IMG/VR virus record: IMGVR_UViG_3300012682_000003
Location: 1-44,440 of that record
Direction: 5' to 3' (one strand)
Length of the DNA: 44,440 nucleotides
Origin: a virus
Lineage: Duplodnaviria > Caudoviricetes
The notes beneath the pieces are model-generated. The model ran no database searches and was not told the DNA's origin. It saw only the letters and a list, made by a program, of their open reading frames with translations. The position numbers and the translations under genes are program-made. Positions 35,771 to 44,440 of the stretch are shown here, piece after piece. Every line of letters begins with the position of its first letter. Within the stretch, counting starts at the first letter, position 1.

Positions 35771-36568
35771 ATGAAAATGCCCGTACGTTCTATTATCCGT
35801 GCGCCGAAAGGTAAGTTACTTATCGCGTGTGATTTATCGCAAGCAGAGAGTTGGATTGTTGCGTATCTAGCTGATGAGCGTAACATGAAGCAAGCATTAA
35901 TGTATAGTGACATTCATACAGAAACAGCAGCTAACGCATTGTTTCACATTCCAATGGATGAAGTCACAAAGGAAACACGTTACATTGGTAAGCGTTACAA
36001 TCACGCATCCGCATACCGTATGAAAGCAGAACGCGCTGCACAAGTTATTAATAAGGATAGTGATAAGCCACCTTTCGTCACCGTCACCCTATCCCAGTCT
36101 CGCGTCTTTTCAAAAGATTGGCATAGCTACTATAACTTGAAGAATTGGTGGGCAGAGATTGACGAGAAGATGAATCGCAATCGTACTATCGTAACATCAT
36201 ACGGACGCAAGCGTGTATTCTATGAAGCATACGGTCCTGAATTATTGAAGCAAGCTACTGCACATGAACCACAGTCAACAGTTGCAGATCATTTTAACGG
36301 TGCGCTCCAGCCGGGTAATGAAATCCCGGGCGGCCTTACCGAGATTTACAAGAAACTTGTCAAACCTTCTAACGGTGAAGTTCTTTTACTTAACCAAAGT
36401 CACGACTCTTGTATGTTAGAAGTCCCTTCTTCCTCAGCAAGAGACTTGGTATTGGAAGTTAAGAGTTTGCTATATCGTCCTGTTGTAGTGCGTGGTGAAA
36501 GTGTAATGATACCAGTGGATGCAGAAATGGGTGAGTGGTGGGGCGAGTTTGAGAAAGTGAAGTCCTAA
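35771..36568 (+). CDS. DNA polymerase A, C-terminal catalytic part (palm/fingers)
   Basis: Motif A DLSQAE, DIH, motif B RYIGKRYNHASAY, YGRKR, PQSTVAD and motif C HDS. Confidence 0.92.
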   Translation: MKMPVRSIIRAPKGKLLIACDLSQAESWIVAYLADERNMKQALMYSDIHTETAANALFHIPMDEVTKETRYIGKRYNHASAYRMKAERAAQVINKDSDKPPFVTVTLSQSRVFSKDWHSYYNLKNWWAEIDEKMNRNRTIVTSYGRKRVFYEAYGPELLKQATAHEPQSTVADHFNGALQPGNEIPGGLTEIYKKLVKPSNGEVLLLNQSHDSCMLEVPSSSARDLVLEVKSLLYRPVVVRGESVMIPVDAEMGEWWGEFEKVKS

Positions 36569-36583
36569 CTACAGCAGAGAAAT

Positions 36584-37774
36584 GTGATGAGAAAGTGTGA
36601 GAATTGGTTAAAGACATTTATGGACTGCAATCTTCCCCGTTCGGAGGCGCCAGAAAGTTTCATCCTCTGGACGGGATTGTTTACGATAGCAGCCGCTATA
36701 CGTAGGAAGGTTAAGATTCCTAAGTTAATGTTCGGATCGTGGGAAGCTAGTCCGAATATGTATATTATATTTGTAGCCCCACCCGGTAAAGCACGCAAGT
36801 CTACAACTGCTGGATACGCAGAAGAATTACTTGATGGGGTTCCAGTTGTTACCAAGGGTCCTACTATTGTAACACAAGCCGCTCTCCTCGACAGATTAAT
36901 TAAATCCGACGACGCATCTGTCTACTTAATCTCATCTGAATTTGCGTCATTGATATCGAAGTCGAAGTTAGAAATGTTCGAGTTCCTTACTGATATGTTC
37001 GATGGAAGGAAGTCTATTGAAGCTGCAACAATTAGTCGTGGTGTGGAGTTTGCTGATCGTCCATGTATTAATCTTCTCGCAGCAACTACTCCCGGTTGGA
37101 TTAGTGAAAACATGCCGGAGTCTGTAATTGGTGGCGGCTTTGCTTCTCGTGTCATATTCATCTTCGAAGATAAGGTTCGGCGCCGGCAACTATATTACAA
37201 TCACGTTGATTATGACGAAATTCTCCAGAAGCAAATGGACCTAACGGCCGACCTAGTACACATAGCCACGAATATAGAAGGCGAGTATGTGATTGAAAAG
37301 GAAGCACAAGACTTTATGGAAACGTGGTATCGTGAGAACGCAGAGTATGGTGGTGGTGCGGAATCATATAGACTTCATGGATATTTTGAGCGTCGTCCTG
37401 CGCACGCACATAAAGTTGCGATGTTATTTCACTTGACGTACTCAGATGAAATGGTATTGAACAAGACTGATTTCGAAACCGCCATTGGCTTTCTTGAATC
37501 AATCGAACCGCGTTTGTCAAACACGTTTAAGGCAGTAGGTAAGAATAAGTTCTCAGTTGATATGGACCACATCTTAAATTACATAACACAAAAAGGCCGA
37601 GTCCAGCGGCCAGAACTGCTTTCGCAATTCTATGCTAATGCTGAACCCGACCTTCTTGAACGTTTGATTAAAGGACTAATTGATATGGGCGAGGTTAGAG
37701 TTACTGTTGATACTTCAACGAATAATGTTTGGTACTCATCCACATCCATACCACCAAAACTTATTTCCCTTTGA
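36584..37774 (+). CDS. DUF3987/YfjI-like P-loop ATPase, putative replicative helicase with C-terminal winged helix
   Basis: SEAP..F..W, PNMYIIFVAPPGKARKST (Walker A), SSEF, LTDMFD, LLAATTP and GGFASR (Arg finger). Confidence 0.75.
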   Translation: MMRKCENWLKTFMDCNLPRSEAPESFILWTGLFTIAAAIRRKVKIPKLMFGSWEASPNMYIIFVAPPGKARKSTTAGYAEELLDGVPVVTKGPTIVTQAALLDRLIKSDDASVYLISSEFASLISKSKLEMFEFLTDMFDGRKSIEAATISRGVEFADRPCINLLAATTPGWISENMPESVIGGGFASRVIFIFEDKVRRRQLYYNHVDYDEILQKQMDLTADLVHIATNIEGEYVIEKEAQDFMETWYRENAEYGGGAESYRLHGYFERRPAHAHKVAMLFHLTYSDEMVLNKTDFETAIGFLESIEPRLSNTFKAVGKNKFSVDMDHILNYITQKGRVQRPELLSQFYANAEPDLLERLIKGLIDMGEVRVTVDTSTNNVWYSSTSIPPKLISL

Positions 37775-37776
37775 TA

Positions 37777-40700
37777 TTACTTCTTATCCAACCGTGGTCT
37801 GATACCTAACATATCATCAAGAGAACTTCTGTTCTTCTTATCAACCGGCATACCCGCAGCCGCAGTTACCGCAACTAAAGGATTGAAATTCCGATCCATT
37901 AGATCAAACATATCAGCAACTCCTTGCGCTGCGAAACTTCCGGGAACAAAGATACTACTTGCTCTACCATTATATATCGGAATCAATTGCTTTAAGGTTC
38001 TCAATCCTTTGTTCCGCTCATATTCCGAACCACTTGTGGTTTCACGAACGGCACCGTACAAGCCAACCATTACGCCGCCGGGAGCCATAAGTGCGCCGGG
38101 AGTAAGCATCCACTTATTGAAGTTGTATCCAAGTGCATTACCCGCAACTTTAAATGCACCTTGTGCAATAGCAAACCGTAACATACGCGCACCAATTTCT
38201 GCTTTCGTACCGCGCGTAAGATTCTGACGTACCATAGATGCTTGATGCACAGCCCACGTTCCAAACTGTCCTGCTAGTCTACCGAAATTTGTTTGCCAAC
38301 CTTCTGGATGATTAGCTGCGCCATACAATCCCGCAGTTTCAGCACCAGTATTACGAGCCAAGAATCTAGAAGCTTGGTCAATCTTATCTGCACCACCAGT
38401 ACGCAGAATTCTATCAAACTCCTCAGCAACAGGAAGTGAATACGAATCCAACTTGATTTCTTTGTATGCCTTAAACTTATCAATCTCACCTTTCGCAACA
38501 CGATTCAACAACTGTCCGGTGTGTGTCCACGTTTCAATGTATGCCGCACCGTGAGCGAACTTGTAAGCATCCTTTTGTAGTGAACCCTTAAAAGATGCTT
38601 CCATAAATGCAGTCATTCCTGTGGCGATCTTACCGGGAACTGCGCCGGGAACTGACAATTCTTCGAGCGTGAGCGTACCAATTTCTCCTGTGCGCTCTAA
38701 GTGATTAATGACTTCTATGTCACCCCAAAACTTCTGTGCTGTAATCATCCGCTTCTGACCAAAGCGAATAAAATAGTTTTGCAAGAACGATGTGTAGTCA
38801 CGAATCCCGGCCGACATTTTAAATCCTTGCGCCGCTGATTCATTAACCATCAGAATCCTAGTAATCGCACGATCACGAAAACTCTTTTCAACTGTGATCC
38901 CGAGATTCTTATGCAACTGATCTACGACACTCTCTACAAACCTAACACTCTCATCACCGTAACCACGCAACTCACCGAGATATGAGTCAACTCTTTTTTG
39001 TATTCCAACCCTCGCATTTTGATCAGTGACATTAGGTATCACCTTCCCGTTTTCATCCTTGATATCAGAACCATCCAATCCTTTCTTGTTACCAGTAACT
39101 TGTTCTTCGAGTGCCTTCTTCGCTTTATTCCACGTGGGATAAAAGTCACGTGTCTTGAAGCCAGCAGTTACATAACGCTCAAGTGATTTGAGTGGGTCCT
39201 TCTCATAAATATCAATTTCACCTGTACGAATCATATCAGAAACAAACTTCTCTTGTGCATCGGGCATTTGTGGCTTGCTCATCATCTTATGGAACAACGC
39301 TTTACTATCAAGATTTGTTTCGTACATCTTATAGTGTGCGACATAACCCATAAGCTGACGCGTATCCGAAAAGCCAAACTCAACAGCGGCTTCGTCATAA
39401 ATTTTCTTAATCATCCCCGCCGCGCGTAACTGTTCTGAATTCATCTTACGTGATGCCGCAAACTGTGAGCCAGTCATTTCCTTATTAGTAATCGCGCGCG
39501 CATACCTTGTGATACCGAGTAACGATATTTCCCCTACAGGAAGTTTGAGAACCTCACCCATCTGCCCAAATGCAACCTGTTCATCTGGCGTTAAACTAAA
39601 TTCTTGCTCGATTTGTGCGAGTGCTTCCTGCGCCTTAAGTTGTGTAGGATCAGGAAATTCTTCAGCATGATCCAACAACGCACGACGACGCTTAAACAAC
39701 TTAGTAACGTCAACTTGCGTGTCTGCCCAATTCTGCCCGAGCCGCTTCTCGTTATCAGTAAGACCACGACCCTTTGTAAACTGTGCTGCAATTTCTTCTG
39801 GACTCCGAGTTTCGATATACTCAGTAATCGTCACGCGATCTTCAACATTCATCTTACGTAAAATCTTATCTACTTCATGAATCTTATCCCGGTATGGCGC
39901 GAGTGCGGCAGTTACTTTACGATGTGCAACTTGTGTGGGTTCGTAGATTTGTGCAAAGAGTTTCGTACCCCACACATTATCCATCTGAATAAGCTGTTCA
40001 CGTAAAGAAGTAAACTTACCGCTCATTGCGTTCATTGCAGCAAACTTCTTTTCAACTGTAGACAGTGGTGAGAATTCATAAGGAACTTCAAATGGTCCAC
40101 GCTCATAACGACCGTCGCCCATAATATCCCCACCAATTCCGGGCGGCACTCCACCATTATTACCCATCAAGTCAGGACCAAACGCCTGTCCTGTTTTGTT
40201 AATAAACTCTTGTGCTTCCCTTACATTCTTGAAAGGTGTAGTATGCAAACGCTTGCCCGATTCCAAATCACGTACAGTTATGTTACCCGCCTCAGCAACT
40301 TCAAGATACATACGATTCGATGAAGCAGAACGTGCGAGTCTATCAGATGCGGGTTCCAAACTTTCTACTATCTTCTTCGATTCGTTATCAAGTAGTTCAG
40401 TAGATTCTTTAGCAAACTTCTCGTACAATAACTTCTCGTCTGGTTCAAGAACTGTGTTGAGAATCTTCTCGTGAAACTGACGCTCAAAGTTTGCTGCAAG
40501 TGATGGGATTTCTTGTGGCAAGAATCCACGCGACTCCGCAAACTTAGCTACTTCCTGTGCAAACGGAAGGTCAGTCATTTTTACTTCGTCGAACTTCACT
40601 TCGGTTTTGCTAAAGCCACGTGACGTTAGTGGATCACCAGCAGTAACACGAGCTGCTTTTTGGTCAGCATCTGTTAACTTAAAATAATCGTTACCATATT

Positions 40701-43689
40701 TATCTTTAGCAATTGCGGATAGAGCATCTATTATTTTATCTTCGTAAGCTTGATCCAATTCATCTAGCTTTCTATTTATTCTGTACTTTGCTTGGGCTTC
40801 TCCCGGTCCAGACTTTATTCCAGTTAGATCAACGTTATGTTTCTTTGCATAGTTTTGTACTTCTTCTGCAAATATCTCATCTTGCCAAACACCTTCTTCT
40901 TGCCGTAATTTACGTTCCTTATCGCGTGCTGAACTAAGTGCTTCTGTTTTATTTAGCTCAGTCGCATCTTCCGCAGTCTGCTTTGTGCGCGTAAGAAAAT
41001 CATCAAACATACGACGCAAGAACTTCTCCTTCGTAACCACAGGCAAATTAACTTCTACCTGCGCTTTAATATCAGCAATAGCGCCCTGTCTAAGATCGAC
41101 AATCTCGCCCCACACCACTTCATTTCCACCATATGAAGCTGGTTCAGTCTTATTATAAATGATTCCATCGTGTCCATTCTGGCGCATGACTTCAGCCAAC
41201 ACTAAATCCTGTAGTTGATAACCAGATTCATATGTTGTTGCACCAGAATTTGTACCTGTTAAACCGCCACCATAACCTTTACCTTTCTTAGAGCTATGCG
41301 TAACATTATTAGCCTCAATGAATTGCGCTTCTTGTTTGGCTGTAATACGCAATCCCGTCGTGCCGCTACGTATCATCTTAAGCATTTCGTAATGCGCACC
41401 TTGAGCGGCATCTACAACATATGGATTTTCAAACGCGAGCCGGTGAATAACGAGTGAGTTTATAGCACCTGCTTCTGTACGTCGTGTTGCTTTTGGATCA
41501 GCGTCGTACCCAACGCCAGTATGTTGCGGATTTGCAGCATAAAATCTTCCTGTCTTACTGATCGCACCGCTACCGCGCTGCTGACGTACACCAATAAATG
41601 TAATTGGCTGACCAGTTTTTGCTAACTTCATCGCCCTTTCATTTGCTTCTACAATAAAACCCTTAGCACCATACTTAAAGTTTTCTGTTTGTTCCTTAAT
41701 GTACAATCCTTTAAGTGTAAAGGGAGAATCCATAAGAACTTTCTCAGCATCCATTCCTTGCATTTGTAAACGACGTACATCTTCTCGCTTTACAGTTAGC
41801 CTCTTACCTGTCTCAAGCGAAGTAAGAAAAATAGGTCGTGGCTCACCCGTTTTATATCGTATATCAGGCGAACCCGGCGCACCGTGTGTATTTACAACAT
41901 ACCGCTTGCCTTCGTACGTCACTAGTTCATTTGGGATGAAACCAGTATCGCGGAAATTAGATCTTGCTTCACTAGGATCGCCACTAATACTTGTCTGCTT
42001 AAGTATTACATCAAACTTATCCGCTACCGAATCATAAAAAACTAGACCATATTCTTCAAAATTAACTGGTTGTGCTAATTCTGCTTCAGCAGCTATTATG
42101 TTACGCGCTGCATTATTATTTTGGTATTTTAGCTTTGGAATTTCAATCTCAATTATATCAGCTGGATCAGTAGCCTTTGACCAATCCGGCAAATTTTTGT
42201 CAGCTATAATTTTGCGAATTGCATGTTGCGTTTGACCTACCAAAGAACTTCTAGTTGGGTCTAACAAATCTAAGTTAGTAGCAAAACTTGGGCTCAGATA
42301 AGCTAATGCTAGATGATCGTCGTTATAAATAATAGAGTCTATAACATCAGCAAACTTTAGCTTGTAGCCATGATGAGTTAAATCAGCAAGTTGGCTTTCA
42401 TCAAGGAACTTTTTTATCTCTGGATCAGCTGTGTTAATTGGAGTAAGTTCACGTGGCCTACCACCAGCCATTTCTGCTTTTACAATTCTACTTTTAGTTA
42501 TGTTATCTTGCGCAACTTTAGCTTGGGCAATAACTTTCTGCTTTATGTTTGCCATTTCTTCTGCTGTAAGATCAGCAAGGATAACAGTCTTCGTTGGTTC
42601 TATTGTACCACTAAGTTCAAGTGACCCAGTAAAATCTTTAACAACTATATCCGTAAGATCGTCTGCGGTTTCAAGAATACCAACACGCTGAACAACATCA
42701 TGAAGCGTAACGTCATTCGTCGCTTGAATCTGGCGCATCAATCCAATGTCACGCGCCTGCTTTGAAATCATCTCAGGCATACCTACTACATTCTTCTTAC
42801 CCGTAATACGATCAATAGTCGTCGATCCAAACTGTCCCGAAACTTCCATCGCCGTACCAATCGGCGCAAACATGATTGATTCAATAAAAATATTCGGGAG
42901 AATATCTTCCGTGTTCGCGCCTGCAATTGCAGCACCAACTCCGCCACCAACAACACCACCCGCACTTCCAGCTACAACCTTGCGTGCAAATTCTCCCATT
43001 ATCGGACGCGCAGTAAGTAGCGCACGATCAGTAAACAATCCCGCGCCGGCGCCCGCAATAACATCATCAACAGAAGAAACGCCACGTATTGTACGTTGCG
43101 CGCCTAACATACTGGACACGCCCTTAGTAGCAAGAGCTTCCACACCAATAGACGCAATGAACCCTGCAAGTTCTTTCGATCGACGTGCGGAATCTTCTGG
43201 CGTTAATGCAATTGCATTTCCTTCGTCGTCAATTCTACCACCAAGTGACAACTCAAACGCATTACCGATTGTTAAATTTAAGATACCTGCACCCAACTGA
43301 TCGGCAACACCAAGAACACCAGCTTCTTTAACTCCTTCCCAAGCTTCGCCAACTACTTTCCCAAATCCCTGCGCCTTAACTTTCGTAAACATATTATTAA
43401 AATCTTCAAGCAGGATCGCAGCATGATCTGGACCCTTACCTTTCTGTGCCGCTTTCTGTACGGCGATACTCGCGAATACGTCACCGCTATTCTCGTCAAA
43501 CATTCTACCAAAATTCTGATAGAGGCGCTTAGCAGTTCCGAATGTTCCTAATGCTTTCGGCGCTTGTGAATCTGTGAGGGATATAAAATCATTCTTCGGA
43601 GCAACGGAAGCTGCGTCACTCCTTACTGGTGCAGGATTTTGCGTCAAGCTAAAAAAGTCTTGTGCTGGCGAAAGTGGCGGAGAAGTCAT
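37777..43689 (-). CDS. Large (1970 aa) internal virion/ejection protein, polyvalent type, with a probable ADP-ribosyltransferase-fold domain
   Basis: Last gene of the ejection cluster; Gly-rich hydrophobic N-terminal segments; ART-like motifs near 41090-41620; helical C-terminal half with QFG.W. Confidence 0.7.
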   Translation of the reverse strand: MTSPPLSPAQDFFSLTQNPAPVRSDAASVAPKNDFISLTDSQAPKALGTFGTAKRLYQNFGRMFDENSGDVFASIAVQKAAQKGKGPDHAAILLEDFNNMFTKVKAQGFGKVVGEAWEGVKEAGVLGVADQLGAGILNLTIGNAFELSLGGRIDDEGNAIALTPEDSARRSKELAGFIASIGVEALATKGVSSMLGAQRTIRGVSSVDDVIAGAGAGLFTDRALLTARPIMGEFARKVVAGSAGGVVGGGVGAAIAGANTEDILPNIFIESIMFAPIGTAMEVSGQFGSTTIDRITGKKNVVGMPEMISKQARDIGLMRQIQATNDVTLHDVVQRVGILETADDLTDIVVKDFTGSLELSGTIEPTKTVILADLTAEEMANIKQKVIAQAKVAQDNITKSRIVKAEMAGGRPRELTPINTADPEIKKFLDESQLADLTHHGYKLKFADVIDSIIYNDDHLALAYLSPSFATNLDLLDPTRSSLVGQTQHAIRKIIADKNLPDWSKATDPADIIEIEIPKLKYQNNNAARNIIAAEAELAQPVNFEEYGLVFYDSVADKFDVILKQTSISGDPSEARSNFRDTGFIPNELVTYEGKRYVVNTHGAPGSPDIRYKTGEPRPIFLTSLETGKRLTVKREDVRRLQMQGMDAEKVLMDSPFTLKGLYIKEQTENFKYGAKGFIVEANERAMKLAKTGQPITFIGVRQQRGSGAISKTGRFYAANPQHTGVGYDADPKATRRTEAGAINSLVIHRLAFENPYVVDAAQGAHYEMLKMIRSGTTGLRITAKQEAQFIEANNVTHSSKKGKGYGGGLTGTNSGATTYESGYQLQDLVLAEVMRQNGHDGIIYNKTEPASYGGNEVVWGEIVDLRQGAIADIKAQVEVNLPVVTKEKFLRRMFDDFLTRTKQTAEDATELNKTEALSSARDKERKLRQEEGVWQDEIFAEEVQNYAKKHNVDLTGIKSGPGEAQAKYRINRKLDELDQAYEDKIIDALSAIAKDKYGNDYFKLTDADQKAARVTAGDPLTSRGFSKTEVKFDEVKMTDLPFAQEVAKFAESRGFLPQEIPSLAANFERQFHEKILNTVLEPDEKLLYEKFAKESTELLDNESKKIVESLEPASDRLARSASSNRMYLEVAEAGNITVRDLESGKRLHTTPFKNVREAQEFINKTGQAFGPDLMGNNGGVPPGIGGDIMGDGRYERGPFEVPYEFSPLSTVEKKFAAMNAMSGKFTSLREQLIQMDNVWGTKLFAQIYEPTQVAHRKVTAALAPYRDKIHEVDKILRKMNVEDRVTITEYIETRSPEEIAAQFTKGRGLTDNEKRLGQNWADTQVDVTKLFKRRRALLDHAEEFPDPTQLKAQEALAQIEQEFSLTPDEQVAFGQMGEVLKLPVGEISLLGITRYARAITNKEMTGSQFAASRKMNSEQLRAAGMIKKIYDEAAVEFGFSDTRQLMGYVAHYKMYETNLDSKALFHKMMSKPQMPDAQEKFVSDMIRTGEIDIYEKDPLKSLERYVTAGFKTRDFYPTWNKAKKALEEQVTGNKKGLDGSDIKDENGKVIPNVTDQNARVGIQKRVDSYLGELRGYGDESVRFVESVVDQLHKNLGITVEKSFRDRAITRILMVNESAAQGFKMSAGIRDYTSFLQNYFIRFGQKRMITAQKFWGDIEVINHLERTGEIGTLTLEELSVPGAVPGKIATGMTAFMEASFKGSLQKDAYKFAHGAAYIETWTHTGQLLNRVAKGEIDKFKAYKEIKLDSYSLPVAEEFDRILRTGGADKIDQASRFLARNTGAETAGLYGAANHPEGWQTNFGRLAGQFGTWAVHQASMVRQNLTRGTKAEIGARMLRFAIAQGAFKVAGNALGYNFNKWMLTPGALMAPGGVMVGLYGAVRETTSGSEYERNKGLRTLKQLIPIYNGRASSIFVPGSFAAQGVADMFDLMDRNFNPLVAVTAAAGMPVDKKNRSSLDDMLGIRPRLDKK

Positions 43690-44440
43690 TATCTATTTCC
43701 CGATTCGAGTTGCTTAGCAATTTCAGGTGCTGTTGTACGCAATGATGCGCGTGCGTCATTCTGGCGCTTCGCAAATGCAGTAGCAGTTTCACCATCCCGC
43801 CTTCTCATACTTTGCAAAGCTGTGCGCGCGCTCTCAACTGTTAGTGCGGGAGCAGGAGCTTGTGTAGCAGTTTGTGTAGAAGATGAACTTATTTCCGTAA
43901 GGACCGTTTCTGGTTTAACAAAATCACCATTAGCATCCGTGAAATGCAATCCGACATTCTTACGCATGATAGGACTAATAGCATTTTGCCAAGCATACTT
44001 TCTAGGCATCTCGCCAAACTGAACAGTAACTTGTCTACCCGTCAATGCGTTTTGTGCCTGTAGTGCAGTATTAACTTGCGCAGTCATGATTGTCAATTCT
44101 TCGTCTGATACACCAGCAACTTCTGCTTTCGCAACTCCGGTCAACAAACCATTAATCAGTTGCGATTGCTTTCTAACTTCACCATCTACACCATTCTGAC
44201 GCAACCTTTGTACACCTTCGTGAATCGCAAGCAAATCTGCATCCGGACCAGCAGCAGGTTTCGTTCCAGCAGCACGCAATTGTTCAGCCTTCTTCTTTGC
44301 AGCAGGATCAAAAAGATATGACATAGCTGCATCATATGATCCCGCGTCTACACTTTCAAAGAAGCGAAACGCTTGTGCCTGTTTCAACTTATCAACACCT
44401 TGCACCATATCCGCAGCATTTGAAGCATTCATCAAACGTA
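43689..44440 (-). CDS. 3' part of the junction-spanning ejection protein that starts at 823
   Basis: Open to the window end and in frame with 1..823; its stop overlaps the ATG of the 1970-aa gene. Confidence 0.8.
   Translation of the reverse strand, partial: RLMNASNAADMVQGVDKLKQAQAFRFFESVDAGSYDAAMSYLFDPAAKKKAEQLRAAGTKPAAGPDADLLAIHEGVQRLRQNGVDGEVRKQSQLINGLLTGVAKAEVAGVSDEELTIMTAQVNTALQAQNALTGRQVTVQFGEMPRKYAWQNAISPIMRKNVGLHFTDANGDFVKPETVLTEISSSSTQTATQAPAPALTVESARTALQSMRRRDGETATAFAKRQNDARASLRTTAPEIAKQLESGNR
44318..44440. repeat. Direct terminal repeat copy 2
   Basis: Identical to 1-123. Confidence 0.97.

Noticed and set aside
35630-35790. Intein, group I intron or T4 gene 60-type ribosomal bypass at the polymerase break
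   Set aside because: No Cys/Ser start or His-Asn end motif. The insert is only about 140 nt and open in frame up to the stop. There is no stop directly after a take-off codon, and the second gene has its own RBS
37777-43689. Virion RNA polymerase (N4- or crAss-like)
   Set aside because: No DxDGD/DFDID or T7-type RNAP motifs were recognised, and the early genes have host sigma70-type promoters
44318-44440. Physical direct terminal repeat (T7-like) of the virion DNA
   Set aside because: The repeat lies in the middle of a coding sequence and has a k-mer-like length, so an assembly overlap of a circular contig is more likely
1-44440. Genome-wide stop-codon reassignment
   Set aside because: Long genes are intact in the standard code, the Trp codons I checked are TGG, and TGA/TAG end genes at normal coupled junctions. 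The second in-frame TGA junction (30761-30773) is expected by chance

Overview
The window is an apparently complete, circularly permuted dsDNA tailed-phage genome of about 44.3 kb with podovirus-like gene content. Bases 1-123 are repeated exactly at 44318-44440, and one gene runs across that junction. Two divergent transcription blocks start near 19.9-20.4 kb. The minus-strand block (19858->1, continuing 44317->37777) is the virion module: terminase small and large subunits, several membrane proteins, portal, scaffold, capsid decoration and major capsid proteins, head-tail adaptor, fibre-type proteins, a GH108 endolysin, a tail-tube/nozzle protein, a GNAT, and ejection proteins. The last include a 1970-aa protein with a probable ADP-ribosyltransferase-like domain. 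The plus-strand block (20.4-37.8 kb) has an array of near-consensus sigma70-type promoters in front of small early genes and a ~246-bp symmetric origin-like element. It also encodes a SNF2 helicase, a stand-alone TSCPD/NrdJb-like protein, a Cas4-like exonuclease, a Sak4-like ATPase, an SSB, an HNH nuclease, a GroES-like protein and a DUF3987-like P-loop ATPase. Its family A DNA polymerase is split into two in-frame genes: UDG + 3'-5' exonuclease + thumb in one, and palm/fingers with His at the Pol I 762 position in the other. I recognised no integrase, repressor, RNA polymerase, primase, tRNA or CRISPR array. All protein calls come from motif recognition by eye and gene order, not from database searches.
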